DNA of 64,000 bases from Terriglobia bacterium (GTDB taxonomy: Bacteria; Acidobacteriota; Terriglobia; 20CM-2-55-15): contig CAXWPJ010000005.1 in NCBI GenBank assembly GCA_963664115.2, positions 32,001-96,000 of the forward strand, in the 5' to 3' direction. Below, piece by piece: positions 39,750 to 49,643 of this stretch. Position 1 is the first letter of the stretch. Every line of letters starts with the position of its first letter. The notes beneath the pieces were generated by a model, which saw only the letters and a program-made list of their open reading frames with translations, ran no database searches and was not told the origin of the DNA. The position numbers were made by a program, and so were the translations under genes.

Positions 39750-41057
39750 ATGAGCAAGAGCATTCGATTGGGAATCCTAGGCCTCGGAACCGTAGGGACC
39801 GGCGTCGTCCGCATCCTCGAAACAAACGCGGCTTTGATCGAACGGCGGATCGGCGTGCCTCTTGAGGTCAAGCGTATCGCTGTTCGGGACGCGAGCAAAG
39901 CGCGGGCCGTGGTCGTCCCGGATGGCGTCCTGACGACGGACCCGTTCGAAGTGGTCCAGGATCCTGACATTGATATCGTGGTGGAACTCATTGGTGGGGA
40001 AGATATTGCGCGTGATTTGGGACTGGCGGCGATCGCCGGCGGCAAACATCTGGTGTCGGCGAACAAGGCTCTATTGGCCGGGCACGGGGCAGAAATCAGA
40101 CATGCGGCCCGCACGGCTGGTGTCAACCTGGGGTTCGAAGCCAGTGTTGCCGGCGGCATTCCCATCATCAAAACGATCCGCGAGGCCCTTGCCGCCAACC
40201 GTATCCTGTCCATCTATGGAATCATCAATGGGACTTCAAATTACATCCTCACGACGATGCGCGAACAGGAAAGGTCTTTCGACGATGTTCTTGATGAAGC
40301 GCAGCGTGCCGGTTATGCCGAAGCCGATCCGACCTTCGATGTTGGCGGGATCGATGCGGCTCACAAGCTTGCAATTCTGGTCAATCTGGCCTTTGGAGTC
40401 ACTGCAAACCTCAGTGATATCTATACCGAAGGGATAACTGACATCAGTCCGATCGACATCGATTTCGGACGCGAGTTCGGCTACACCTTGAAATTGTTGG
40501 CCATTGCCAAGTCATCGGACGGTGCGGTCGAAGCCCGTGTACACCCGACGATGATTCCGGACTCCCATCCCATTGCTCAAGTTGGAGGTGTCTACAATGC
40601 GATCGAAATTGTAGGCGATGCTGTCGGGGACTTGATGCTTTATGGAAAGGGTGCGGGAGAAATGCCGACCGCCAGCGCGGTGGTCAGCGACATTATGGAT
40701 ATCTCCCGCGAGATCGGAACCACCGGCGAGTCGCGCTCGCCCTCGCTGTTGCCCCCTGACGGCGGTGAGGGCAACATTAAGCCCATCGAATCCGTTTCCA
40801 GCCTCTATTACCTCCGTTTCATGGTGGACGATCAACCGGGCGTCCTGTCCCAGATCTCCGGCATCCTCGGCCGGCATGACATCAGCATTGAATCGGTCAT
40901 CCAGAAAAGACGTGAAACCGGCAGCCCTGTTCCCTTGGTGGTGATGACGCACACGGCCATCGAACGCGACGTTCAGGAAGCCCTGTCCGAAATTGATCAG
41001 CTACCGAGCGTCTCGGAAAAGGCGGTTTTGATCCGCGTCGAAGCCGACAAGATTTAA
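39750..41057 (+). CDS. hom: Homoserine dehydrogenase with ACT domain
   Basis: GLGTVGTG, EASVAGGIP, GYAEADPTFDVGG, DQPGVL. Confidence 0.96.
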   Translation: MSKSIRLGILGLGTVGTGVVRILETNAALIERRIGVPLEVKRIAVRDASKARAVVVPDGVLTTDPFEVVQDPDIDIVVELIGGEDIARDLGLAAIAGGKHLVSANKALLAGHGAEIRHAARTAGVNLGFEASVAGGIPIIKTIREALAANRILSIYGIINGTSNYILTTMREQERSFDDVLDEAQRAGYAEADPTFDVGGIDAAHKLAILVNLAFGVTANLSDIYTEGITDISPIDIDFGREFGYTLKLLAIAKSSDGAVEARVHPTMIPDSHPIAQVGGVYNAIEIVGDAVGDLMLYGKGAGEMPTASAVVSDIMDISREIGTTGESRSPSLLPPDGGEGNIKPIESVSSLYYLRFMVDDQPGVLSQISGILGRHDISIESVIQKRRETGSPVPLVVMTHTAIERDVQEALSEIDQLPSVSEKAVLIRVEADKI

Positions 41058-41144
41058 TTGGGGTCAGAGCCCTATTTCCCCATTTTAATAACGGGAATAA
41101 ATGTAACGTGAAATTGGGGAAATAGGGCTCTGACCCCAATTAAA
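41053..41144. repeat. 30-bp perfect inverted repeat (REP/MITE-like)
   Basis: TTTAATTGGGGTCAGAGCCCTATTTCCCCA at 41053-41082 and its reverse complement at 41115-41144. Confidence 0.85.
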
Positions 41145-41174
41145 AAAATAGGCCTGGGACATAGTCCCAGGCCT
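41142..41174 (-). terminator. Rho-independent terminator for the pilin gene
   Basis: AGGCCTGGGAC/GTCCCAGGCCT hairpin with T tract on the minus strand. Confidence 0.75.
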
Positions 41175-41203
41175 TAAGCACGTTTGCTGTATGGGTAAAA
41201 GGA

Positions 41204-42022
41204 TTACTTGATTCGGAAAACGATGTCATCGCCCAACACTGTGAAGGCGGCGCCTTGTTGCGAGGCAGAAGTTTCAAGCGCCCGGTTGGGTCCTGCCGAG
41301 ATGACGACTACGGCGATTTCGGGAAGCACCTCGGTCCCTAGTATCAAGCTTGCTCCCAAGCCGCTCTCAAAGAACCCGACGTGTAGCATTCGAACATTGA
41401 TCATATACTTGTTGCCCCAGGGATCGGTACTTGACATAGTAGCGATGTAGGGTCCGGACCAGCCACGTTGCGGGTCACCCGGAACCGAGCCTCTAAGTGG
41501 GTAACTTTCATCACCAAGGAAATCTGTGTCAACCAAGAAGTCGTCGCTCCGACGGTCGAGATTATTTGTCACGAGGTGCCCTTCGATGGAGTCGTCAGTC
41601 GTTACGAGCCGATGGCCGAATCGGCCAGATCCGCCCGCATAGCTAGGGATACCGGTGCCACTTGGGACGCCTTCCCACCCTGAAACACTCGATTCGACTG
41701 TAGGATACGTTCCGTTCTGTGAGACAAGGTTGTCAAAAAAAAGGTCGCCCGGGCCCGTATTGTTACCCACTTTGAACAACGGAAAAAACGAGCTGTCCTT
41801 ATAGAACGTGATCACACCCTGTCCGATCACCGAGACGTCGGCGATGGCTGCCTGAATCTTGGAGTCGTTGATCGCATCGATCGCACTACCGACAGCGACG
41901 CCGGCGAGTACCGCACCCACGGCTACAGTTGCTGTTGCTTCGATCAGCGATGTTGCGACGCCTCGTGTCCCTTTAATCAGCTTTTTGATCGTTCTTGCAA
42001 TTTCTGTTTTTGCTGCTTTCAT
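41204..42022 (-). CDS. GspG-like pilin with atypical RG-VATSLIE N-terminus
   Basis: Hydrophobic helix, WSGPY, DPWG, SAGPN, GDDI. Confidence 0.8.
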   Translation of the reverse strand: MKAAKTEIARTIKKLIKGTRGVATSLIEATATVAVGAVLAGVAVGSAIDAINDSKIQAAIADVSVIGQGVITFYKDSSFFPLFKVGNNTGPGDLFFDNLVSQNGTYPTVESSVSGWEGVPSGTGIPSYAGGSGRFGHRLVTTDDSIEGHLVTNNLDRRSDDFLVDTDFLGDESYPLRGSVPGDPQRGWSGPYIATMSSTDPWGNKYMINVRMLHVGFFESGLGASLILGTEVLPEIAVVVISAGPNRALETSASQQGAAFTVLGDDIVFRIK

Positions 42023-42063
42023 GTCCCAGCTCCTTCTGCTGATCTGTTCCGTAAGCCATTCTT

Positions 42064-42080
42064 ATGCACGCTGGGTGCCA
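42064..42080 (-). promoter_or_regulatory. Sigma54 -24/-12 promoter
   Basis: TGGCACCCAGCGTGCAT (GG-N10-GC). Confidence 0.75.
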
Positions 42081-42182
42081 GAGCGTAAGTGTATGAATAT
42101 AAAGCTCTCATGTTTCTAAGTGTCCACCAAATTCGTAGATGGGCCATTCCGTGGTCAACAACTTTGCGAGTACTACTATAGG

Positions 42183-43672
42183 TGTACGTCGTCAGAATAA
42201 TTCGGACAAAAAGACCATTTAGCTAAGAGACGGTTTTGAAGTTATACCACTCCAATCCTAAGGTTCTCGATTTTGCGTCGAGCCAGCGTTTTTCTTTTGA
42301 TCTGGTCACGACGTGCAAGGATCTGCTGATCCCTCCCGAAGAACACGTCAGCCGGTGTCACGTTGTTCAGAGATTCGTGATACCGATGGTGGTTGTAGTG
42401 TTCGACCCATTGCGCGATCGCCTGCTCAAGTTCCCACGGATAATAGTAGTGTTCCAACTTGACCACGTTCTTCATCGAACGGTGATAGCGTTCGATCTTG
42501 CCCTGTGTCATCGGGTGATAGGGCGCACCCCGGGTGTGTTCCATACCACGACGTTGTAAATAGTCTTTGAGTTCGTGCGATACGTAGCAGGGGCCGTTGT
42601 CGCTCAACAATCGCGGTCGGTGCCGGACTTGTACTTGTCCGACATCTGTCGCCTGTAGTGCAACGTCCAGCGTGTCCTGAACGTCAGATGCGGCCATGGT
42701 TTGAAAGAGCTTCCAGGCGATGATGTAGCGAGAGTAATCGTCCAGCACGGTCGACAGGTAGTACCAACCCCAACCGACGACCCTGAAGTAAGTGAAATCA
42801 GTTTGCCAGAGTTCGTTCACACGCCGGGTTGGCTGCTGGAAGTGATCGCTGGCCGTCATCACGATGTATGCGGGACTGGTGATCAGGTCGCATCTCTTCA
42901 GAATCCGATACACGCTGGATTCGGAGATGAAGTAGTCCTGGGTGTCGGTGATCTGCCAGGCCAGTTCCCGCGGTGAGGCTTCCGGGTGGTTCAACGCGGT
43001 TTCGACCACCTGTTCCCGCACCGGTCCCGGAATCCGGTTCCAGCAGAAGCCGGGGCCGGAATGCCGATCTAACAAGCCGGCTGCGCCACGCTCTTTGTAT
43101 CGTCGATACCAACCGTAGAACGTGCTGCGGGGGACGCCCAGCTCCCGGAGGGTCGCTGTCACCGACAACTCCGAGTCTTCCACCACTCGGATCGTCTCCA
43201 GCTTCTCAGATCCCGATTGCCTCATATATCGATGCTCTCGGAGTCCGTTACGTTCAACGTTTTTTTCAGAAAACGATTCTTTAGCAGTATTTCGGCCACG
43301 ACCTGCTTCAACTGATCGTTTTCCTGCCGCAACTCGGTGACTTCGCTCGATGTCGCTTCCCGCTTCGTGTCCCCAGCCAGCCGTTTCTTCCCCGCCTCCA
43401 GGAAGTCCTTGCTCCACCGGTAATACAGATTTGACGGAATCCCTTCGCGTCGGCACAGTTCTGCGATGCTCTCTTCGCCTCGCAACCCTTCCAACACGAT
43501 CCGCACTTTCTCCTCAGACGAGTACTTCTTGCGCGTCTTTCGACGAATCTCTCGTACCCGATTCTCTGCCGACACTTTCTCACTCATTCGATCCTCCTTC
43601 AGATCGTTCTGATTAGAAAAGTGTCTCTTAGTTTTTTAGGGTATTTCGTACGAAATGCTCTGACGGGCTACA
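42183..43672 (-). mobile_element. IS3-family element, copy 3 (orfA 43222-43587, orfB 42242-43225)
   Basis: Same termini as copy 1; orfB appears identical while orfA has more substitutions. Confidence 0.9.
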
Positions 43673-43984
43673 GGCGTATTCGGCCTGCGTTCCGATTTCG
43701 ACGAGATCCACGAGAGCGGAGGGGAAACCGCCCATATCAGCCATATAACCAAAACGGGTCACATTTTCCTGTCCGGTACGAACAGTCGAGGGTTCGCCGA
43801 TCAATGCTTGTTTCACACGCGTGATCTGTTCTTTGGCGAGCTTCGACCGGTTCTCTTCCATCGTCATCGGGACAGCAAAGCCGAAGCTGAAGGCGAGAAC
43901 TGCGATGACAGCCAGTGAAAGAGCCACCTCCAGCAAACTTACACCGCGCTCACCCGTCCATGCTCGATGAGTGTCCTGCTTCAT
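43673..43984 (-). pseudogene. Minor pilin truncated by IS3
   Basis: RGVSLLEVAL, FGYMADMGG as in neighbouring paralogues; runs into the IS end. Confidence 0.8.
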
Positions 43985-45180
43985 GGTGTTGGATCCGTCG
44001 GCACGACGACGACCACCGAACCGTCACTGAATGTGACGACGAAAGTGACTCCCGTCATGTCCACTGCCGTCCCATTACCGGTTAACACGTCTACAAAATC
44101 CTGCATTTCGATCGTCAGCGAGCTGCCGCGGCCGATGTCTCCTACGATAACGTCGTTGATGTCCGTGATTGAGGACTGGATGCGGATCGGCAGCGATTCG
44201 GCCACCAGTCCCGTCCCGTCGATAGTTTCGGCCGAAAAATTCGCGGTGTCGCCGCTGGCGAATCGTGGGTTGCTGGAACTGAAGACGTTCGTGTTCCCCA
44301 CGCGCAAAGTATCGAAGTACGCAGGAGGTACGACGTTGATATCGATCGATATTGAAGTGATATCCGTATCGGTCGCGGCAAAATTCTTGACGACAAACTC
44401 AACGCTGTCGTTGTTGTTTCCCGTCACGATCGCAGTGTCCGGAGCCAGAACCAGACGGGGTTCCACGGTGATTGAGCGGTTCCCGAAAGGAATTCCCGTA
44501 AAGGCGTAAAATCCGAAGTTGTTCGTTTGTGCCGTGGAGGAAGTCAAGACCCCACTCTGCGGATAGTTCACCGTGATGCCGACGCCCGGGACGCCGTTGT
44601 CGGCATCGTCGCGAACAAATCCCTGAACTCGTGAAGCTGTCGTTGTGTCGAAGAAATGCAGCGTGATGTCGTCGTTGCCGCCGGCAATCTGGTCGCCGCC
44701 GAAGGAGATGAGCTTTGCGTTGACGTTGGCTCCGAAATCCGTATCCAGAAACGCAGTGTTGTCGTAGAAGAAATCCGTTCCCCATGCGTCCCGTCCCAGA
44801 TCTGCCAAAGACTCGGCCACCTGGGTTTCCAGATAGGGCCCATTCCAACCGGCGCCTGTTTTCTTGGTCGTATCGAAACTGAAGTCCGGTTGGACGCCTT
44901 TGATCCAGAGGTCTTCAAGTGCCGCGGGCGGGCCTCCCATATCGCCGACGTAGCCGAAGGACGATCTTGCATCATTGACAACAATGACAGGGTCGCCGCT
45001 GATCGCACGTTCCAGTTCGCGAATCTGGTCGCTCGTGAAGTCGCGGTTCACCATGTCGAACGCAGCATCGGAAACGCTGACCAGTCCGACCGCGAAAATC
45101 GCGATGATCGCCAGTGTGAATACAGCTTCGATAAGGCTGAAACCCTTGGTTTGGTTTGTCTTCAGTCTCTTCATTTTCAT
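43981..45180 (-). CDS. Large minor pilin (GspG-like head plus Ig-like domain)
   Basis: KGFSLIE, WNGPY, DAWG, GNDDI, GFVRD...GV.ITV. Confidence 0.85.
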   Translation of the reverse strand: MKMKRLKTNQTKGFSLIEAVFTLAIIAIFAVGLVSVSDAAFDMVNRDFTSDQIRELERAISGDPVIVVNDARSSFGYVGDMGGPPAALEDLWIKGVQPDFSFDTTKKTGAGWNGPYLETQVAESLADLGRDAWGTDFFYDNTAFLDTDFGANVNAKLISFGGDQIAGGNDDITLHFFDTTTASRVQGFVRDDADNGVPGVGITVNYPQSGVLTSSTAQTNNFGFYAFTGIPFGNRSITVEPRLVLAPDTAIVTGNNNDSVEFVVKNFAATDTDITSISIDINVVPPAYFDTLRVGNTNVFSSSNPRFASGDTANFSAETIDGTGLVAESLPIRIQSSITDINDVIVGDIGRGSSLTIEMQDFVDVLTGNGTAVDMTGVTFVVTFSDGSVVVVVPTDPTP

Positions 45181-46373
45181 TGGCGCACCGTCGTGAAGAT
45201 CGCGACAGAACCGTCCGAGAAGGTTGCCTGAAATGTGATTCCCGTCATGTCGACGTTTCCTGCTGCCCCGGTTTCTGCATCCTTGAAGTCCTGTACCTGA
45301 ATCCGGACCGTGCCGCCGCGCCGGGCGGCTTCGCCGATGTCCTGATTGGGCGTGAGAGTAAAAGGGGACTGGAGGCGAACGGGGATCGTGCCGCCCGCAA
45401 TCGAACCGGTACCAATGGCTGTCTGAGTCGAAAAGACTACGGTTTCACCACTGCCGACGCGGTCCGAGGTATCTGTGAAGACGTTGCTGTTGTCTACACG
45501 GAGCCGTTCGTAGAACGCCGGCTGGTCGGGATGCAGGAGCGTCAAGCTCGTGAAGGTCGCGTCACTGGAGGAAAAATTCTGTATGACGAACTCGACGTCG
45601 TTGGACTGGCCGCCCGTCGTCACGGCCGTGTCCTGGACATAGACCAGATTGGGTTCGATGACCAGACTCCTGTTTCCGAACGTCACATCCGTGAAGGTAA
45701 ATGCCCCCGCCGAATCCGTTTGCAATGTTGCACTGCTCGTGATGGAATTGAACGGGAATTTCAGGGTCGCTGTCACGCCGGGAAGCGGGTTCCCGACAGC
45801 GTCCCGAACGAAACCGACGACTTCAGAGAGCAATTCCGTTTCGTAAATTTCTACCGTGAGGTCGTCGCCGCCACCGGCGGAGGTGTCGGGGCCGTAACTG
45901 ATCAGTTTTGCACGTACAGTTTGTCCCGTACCCGCGCTGATTTCCGTGCCAATCACATATTGAATCTCGGTACCCCAGGCGTCTCGCTTGATGTCATCAA
46001 ACAACTCGAGCGGAGGTACCTGAATATAGGGTCCCGCCCAACCCGCGCCTAGTTTGACGCTCGTGTCATAAGTAAACACGGGCTGTGCGCCCAGGATCCA
46101 GAGATCCTCCAGCGAAGCCGGAAGATTCCCCGTATCTCCAAGGAAACCAAAGTCGGTCCGTGACTGACCTGTGATCATGCGTGATTCACCTGTAATCGCG
46201 CGTTTGAAGGCCAGCAGTTTACCTCGCGTTTCTTCTTCGTTTTCAGCAGCGAAGGGTTGTGTCAGGAGAGAGAAAGCGCCGGATGTTATCAGAGACAGGA
46301 TGGCGACAGTTACCGCAACTTCGAGCAGGGAGACACCCCTGGACTTTAAGATGTGTAAGTTCCCCACGAACAT
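45177..46373 (-). CDS. Large minor pilin, paralogue of 43981-45180 (start uncertain)
   Basis: RGVSLLE, WAGPY, DAWG, GGDDL. Confidence 0.85.
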   Translation of the reverse strand: MFVGNLHILKSRGVSLLEVAVTVAILSLITSGAFSLLTQPFAAENEEETRGKLLAFKRAITGESRMITGQSRTDFGFLGDTGNLPASLEDLWILGAQPVFTYDTSVKLGAGWAGPYIQVPPLELFDDIKRDAWGTEIQYVIGTEISAGTGQTVRAKLISYGPDTSAGGGDDLTVEIYETELLSEVVGFVRDAVGNPLPGVTATLKFPFNSITSSATLQTDSAGAFTFTDVTFGNRSLVIEPNLVYVQDTAVTTGGQSNDVEFVIQNFSSSDATFTSLTLLHPDQPAFYERLRVDNSNVFTDTSDRVGSGETVVFSTQTAIGTGSIAGGTIPVRLQSPFTLTPNQDIGEAARRGGTVRIQVQDFKDAETGAAGNVDMTGITFQATFSDGSVAIFTTVRQ

Positions 46374-46496
46374 CACCCTGTTATTATCGCTGCAAGACAA
46401 AAGGGCCGCAAGCTATTGTGCTCGGGCCCTTTCCTAAGTGGTCTGCGTACTAATCGGAATCTGTCGGAGGCGATTCCACATTCTTTCGCCGACTCG

Positions 46497-47120
46497 TCAG
46501 CGAATACGTTGGACGATGTCGTCGTTGCCGACCGTGAACGTCCCGGTCCTTGTCTGTGTGAACACCGTGTCAATGGTCTTGTCGGGTCCTGCGGAGAGAA
46601 CGAACGCTGCGTTGGCTCCTCCCGACGGCGCCAAATCGGCCCCGTTAAAATAATACTTGGTGCCCCACGGATCCGTGTCGATGTCGGCCATGTACGGGCC
46701 GTTCCAAGCGCGTGGCCCGGAGGTGGTGAGGGTGAGGGAGTTCTCGTTTACGATCCCAGTGATAGACCCGTTACTGGTCGTTATAAATCCAACCCATGCG
46801 TCGGAAATCCCGTTCGCGCGGGCAGCGACGTCACCGTCTGTGGTTTCCATCGCGTCAGGTACAGTACCGTTGGGAATATCAGACGAGCTCGCATAGATAG
46901 GCTAGGCGCGGGTGTCGGTGTTGAAGGACAGGATGGCGGCCGCGATGTTTCGAATATCGTTCTGGGCGGTGTTATTGCGAGCGCGGTCGACGTAGCTGTT
47001 GATCATCGGCGTGATAATGGCTGCCAGGATGGCGATGATCGCCAGCACGACAACCAACTCGATCAGGCTCCATCCGCCGTTCACTCTCGTTTCCGTTCTG
47101 TTGTTGTTTTCTTGTTTCAT
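46497..47120 (-). pseudogene. GspG-like pilin with in-frame TAG at 46902-46904
   Basis: GWSLIELVVVL...NTDTRA*PIY...WNGPY...DPWG...GNDDIVQRIR in one frame. Confidence 0.8.
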
Positions 47121-47145
47121 GATTCGCCTCCGTAGACAAGCTTAA

Positions 47146-47161
47146 AGCAGCTCGTATGCCA
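47146..47161 (-). promoter_or_regulatory. Sigma54 -24/-12 promoter
   Basis: TGGCATACGAGCTGCT (GG-N10-GC). Confidence 0.75.
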
Positions 47162-47352
47162 TAACGGGCCCTAACTCTATGTCATTGATATATAAGGGTA
47201 GATATCTCGAACCGCTTCGCCAAATCTACGGAAATGGTAGATATCGGGGGGTCCGGATCACGAAATCTGTTGAATCTTGGCAGTAATTCTAGAAAATTCA
47301 GGCTGATTTCATTCCACGCATCTGAGGCACTATACTTGCCGTTAATAAGGTT

Positions 47353-49158
47353 ATGACAGAGAGTTCGGCCCAGAAAACAGGCTCGACCAAGCGCGAAGTC
47401 GTCGTGATGTTCAGCGACATCGTCAGCTATACCGAGTACTGCGACAAGCACGGCGAAGAAGCCGGTGTAGAACTGGTTGCCCGCCACGAGGACATGGTGT
47501 TTCCTATCATCGAAGGCCAGGGTGGGACTGTTGTCAAAACCATCGGTGACGCCGTGATGGCCTACTTCGAGGAAGCCGAGCAGGCCGGGCTGGCCGCACA
47601 GGAGATCATGCTGGCCGTAGCGGTTGACAATGAGGACAGGTCAAAGGACGAGGAGATGCACCTCAGGGCTGCTTTTCACATGGGTCCGGTAATCGTCCGC
47701 AACAAAGACCTGTTTGGAGACACCGTCAATCAGGCCTCAAGGATGGCGGGTGTGGGGCAGCCGGATCAGATCCTGATTTCCCGGTCCATGATCGACATCC
47801 TCAGCGACAATCCGAAGTTCATATGCCGCTTTGTCGGGAAAGCGGACTTCCACGGCAAGACGGGAACCATAGAGCTGTTCGAAATCCTCACGCAGAAGCT
47901 CGAACTCAAAGAAAAAAAGAAGTCCAAGATCGTTTCCGATAGTGCTGTCAAAGAGGACGAGACAGTCGGCAAGGGCCGATTGATCGGCGATAAGTACTTC
48001 ATTGAGAAAATGATCGGAGAGGGTGGCTACGGCAAGGTCTTCAAGGCCCGTCATGAAGAAACGAAGGATGTCGTGGCCATCAAGATGCTTCCGGAAGACG
48101 CCTATTCCTTTTACAGCCGCGAGGCCCAGGTCCTGCGTCAGCTGCAACCCTGCCCCTACATCATGAGCATTATCGATGCTTTCGTGGACGAAGAAGGCCT
48201 GTGCATCGTCATGCCCTATATCGAGCACGGGAGCCTCCAGACCTACATGAACACGCTCAATGGGGATCCACTCCAGCCGGGGCAGACGATCTCGCTGATG
48301 GAAGAGCTTCTGTTGGGCATTGCACATGCCCATTCCCGGGAAGTCATCCACCGCGACGTCAAGCCCCAGAACATCCTGCTGGCCAAAGGGACGGACGGGA
48401 TCCTGACGGATTTCGGTATTGCTCATGCGATGGAGTCCACCGGCCGGACTTCCACAATGACCGCCGGCACGTCCGGCTACATCGCTCCCGAGGTGACTTC
48501 CGGGAAGTTCGACGCTTCAATTGATGTCTACTCGGCGGGCGTCGTCCTCTACAAGATGCTCGGCGGAGAGTTCCCGGTCGACCTGAAGACTCTACCGCCC
48601 TACACCGACCCCAACTTCGTGAAGATCGTTGCCCGCGCGATAGCGGATCGTTCTAAGCGTTATTCCTCCCCCGAAGAAATGCTGGAAGAACTGCGCGGGA
48701 TGGGCTCCAGGGTCCTGGAGTCGACGATGAAGATCATCGCGCAGTCCGGAGAGGAGCGAATCCTCGTAGCAGCCGAAGACGCCGCTTGGGAAACGCTCCA
48801 GACAATGCTGGAAGTCAATAATACTACCGCTATGCGTTGCCGCCTGGACGCACTCCTCAAGCAGGTCCACTGGCAAGTGCCCTCAGTGACGATACTGGAC
48901 TTCACTCTGCTGGCGACATCCCTGTCGAGCGTGCCGGAACAAGTTCGGGCCTGCAGTGCTCTCGGGACAAAGGTGATCGTGGTGAACTGCGGGACGATAG
49001 CTGAGGCCCAGGACATGCTCGATGCCGGTGCTGCCGATTGCACGGCGTCGCTGGAGGCGCCCCAATCCGCGGAGGCGCTGTCGTTGGCAATCAACACCCT
49101 TATGGCGCAGATTCAACTGGGAAGCGGCAAGTCCTGGTGGAAGAAGATAATCAGCTAG
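47353..49158 (+). CDS. Class III nucleotide cyclase - Ser/Thr kinase - degenerate receiver fusion
   Basis: MFSDIVSYT, KTIGDAVM, FGDTVNQASR; GEGGYG, HRDVKPQN, DFG, APE; C-terminal REC-like region. Confidence 0.88.
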   Translation: MTESSAQKTGSTKREVVVMFSDIVSYTEYCDKHGEEAGVELVARHEDMVFPIIEGQGGTVVKTIGDAVMAYFEEAEQAGLAAQEIMLAVAVDNEDRSKDEEMHLRAAFHMGPVIVRNKDLFGDTVNQASRMAGVGQPDQILISRSMIDILSDNPKFICRFVGKADFHGKTGTIELFEILTQKLELKEKKKSKIVSDSAVKEDETVGKGRLIGDKYFIEKMIGEGGYGKVFKARHEETKDVVAIKMLPEDAYSFYSREAQVLRQLQPCPYIMSIIDAFVDEEGLCIVMPYIEHGSLQTYMNTLNGDPLQPGQTISLMEELLLGIAHAHSREVIHRDVKPQNILLAKGTDGILTDFGIAHAMESTGRTSTMTAGTSGYIAPEVTSGKFDASIDVYSAGVVLYKMLGGEFPVDLKTLPPYTDPNFVKIVARAIADRSKRYSSPEEMLEELRGMGSRVLESTMKIIAQSGEERILVAAEDAAWETLQTMLEVNNTTAMRCRLDALLKQVHWQVPSVTILDFTLLATSLSSVPEQVRACSALGTKVIVVNCGTIAEAQDMLDAGAADCTASLEAPQSAEALSLAINTLMAQIQLGSGKSWWKKIIS

Positions 49159-49643
49159 TTGCGCGTGTGGAACGGATCATATCGTATTGAAGGTGTGATG
49201 CGTAGCAATCTGCCTTAATCGGCCTGACCGGTCTGAAAAATAGGGCCCTGAGCACGGAAGGGGAGTGCTCAGGACCTGCTGTCTGGGCAAGAAGAAACTG
49301 TTTATCGAATCCGCTGAGCTATATCATCCCCACCAACAGCGAACGCGACGTTGTTGGCTTGACCCCGGGTTGTTTCGATCGTTGCGTTCGGTCCGGCCGA
49401 AAGCACGAATGAGTGTTGTGCGGTTCCAGCACGAGACAGGGCGAATGCCGTCACGAGGTAGTAATTGCCCCAGGGATCTGCCCCGAGATCGATGTACGGA
49501 CCACGGTAAGCCACGCGGCCTCCCCGTGCGCTCGTCGGCAGGGTGAGCAGATTTTGGTTGAGGAAGGTGTCCAGAGTCCCGGTCCCCCCCACCGTCCAAC
49601 TACTCAGGGTCGGTTCATCTCCCGGTCCGAAGAGATCGTCGGC

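Noticed and set aside
46902-46904. Pyrrolysine or programmed TAG readthrough in a pilin
   Set aside because: Single instance; paralogues have an aromatic residue here, so TGG to TAG mutation or base-call error is simpler
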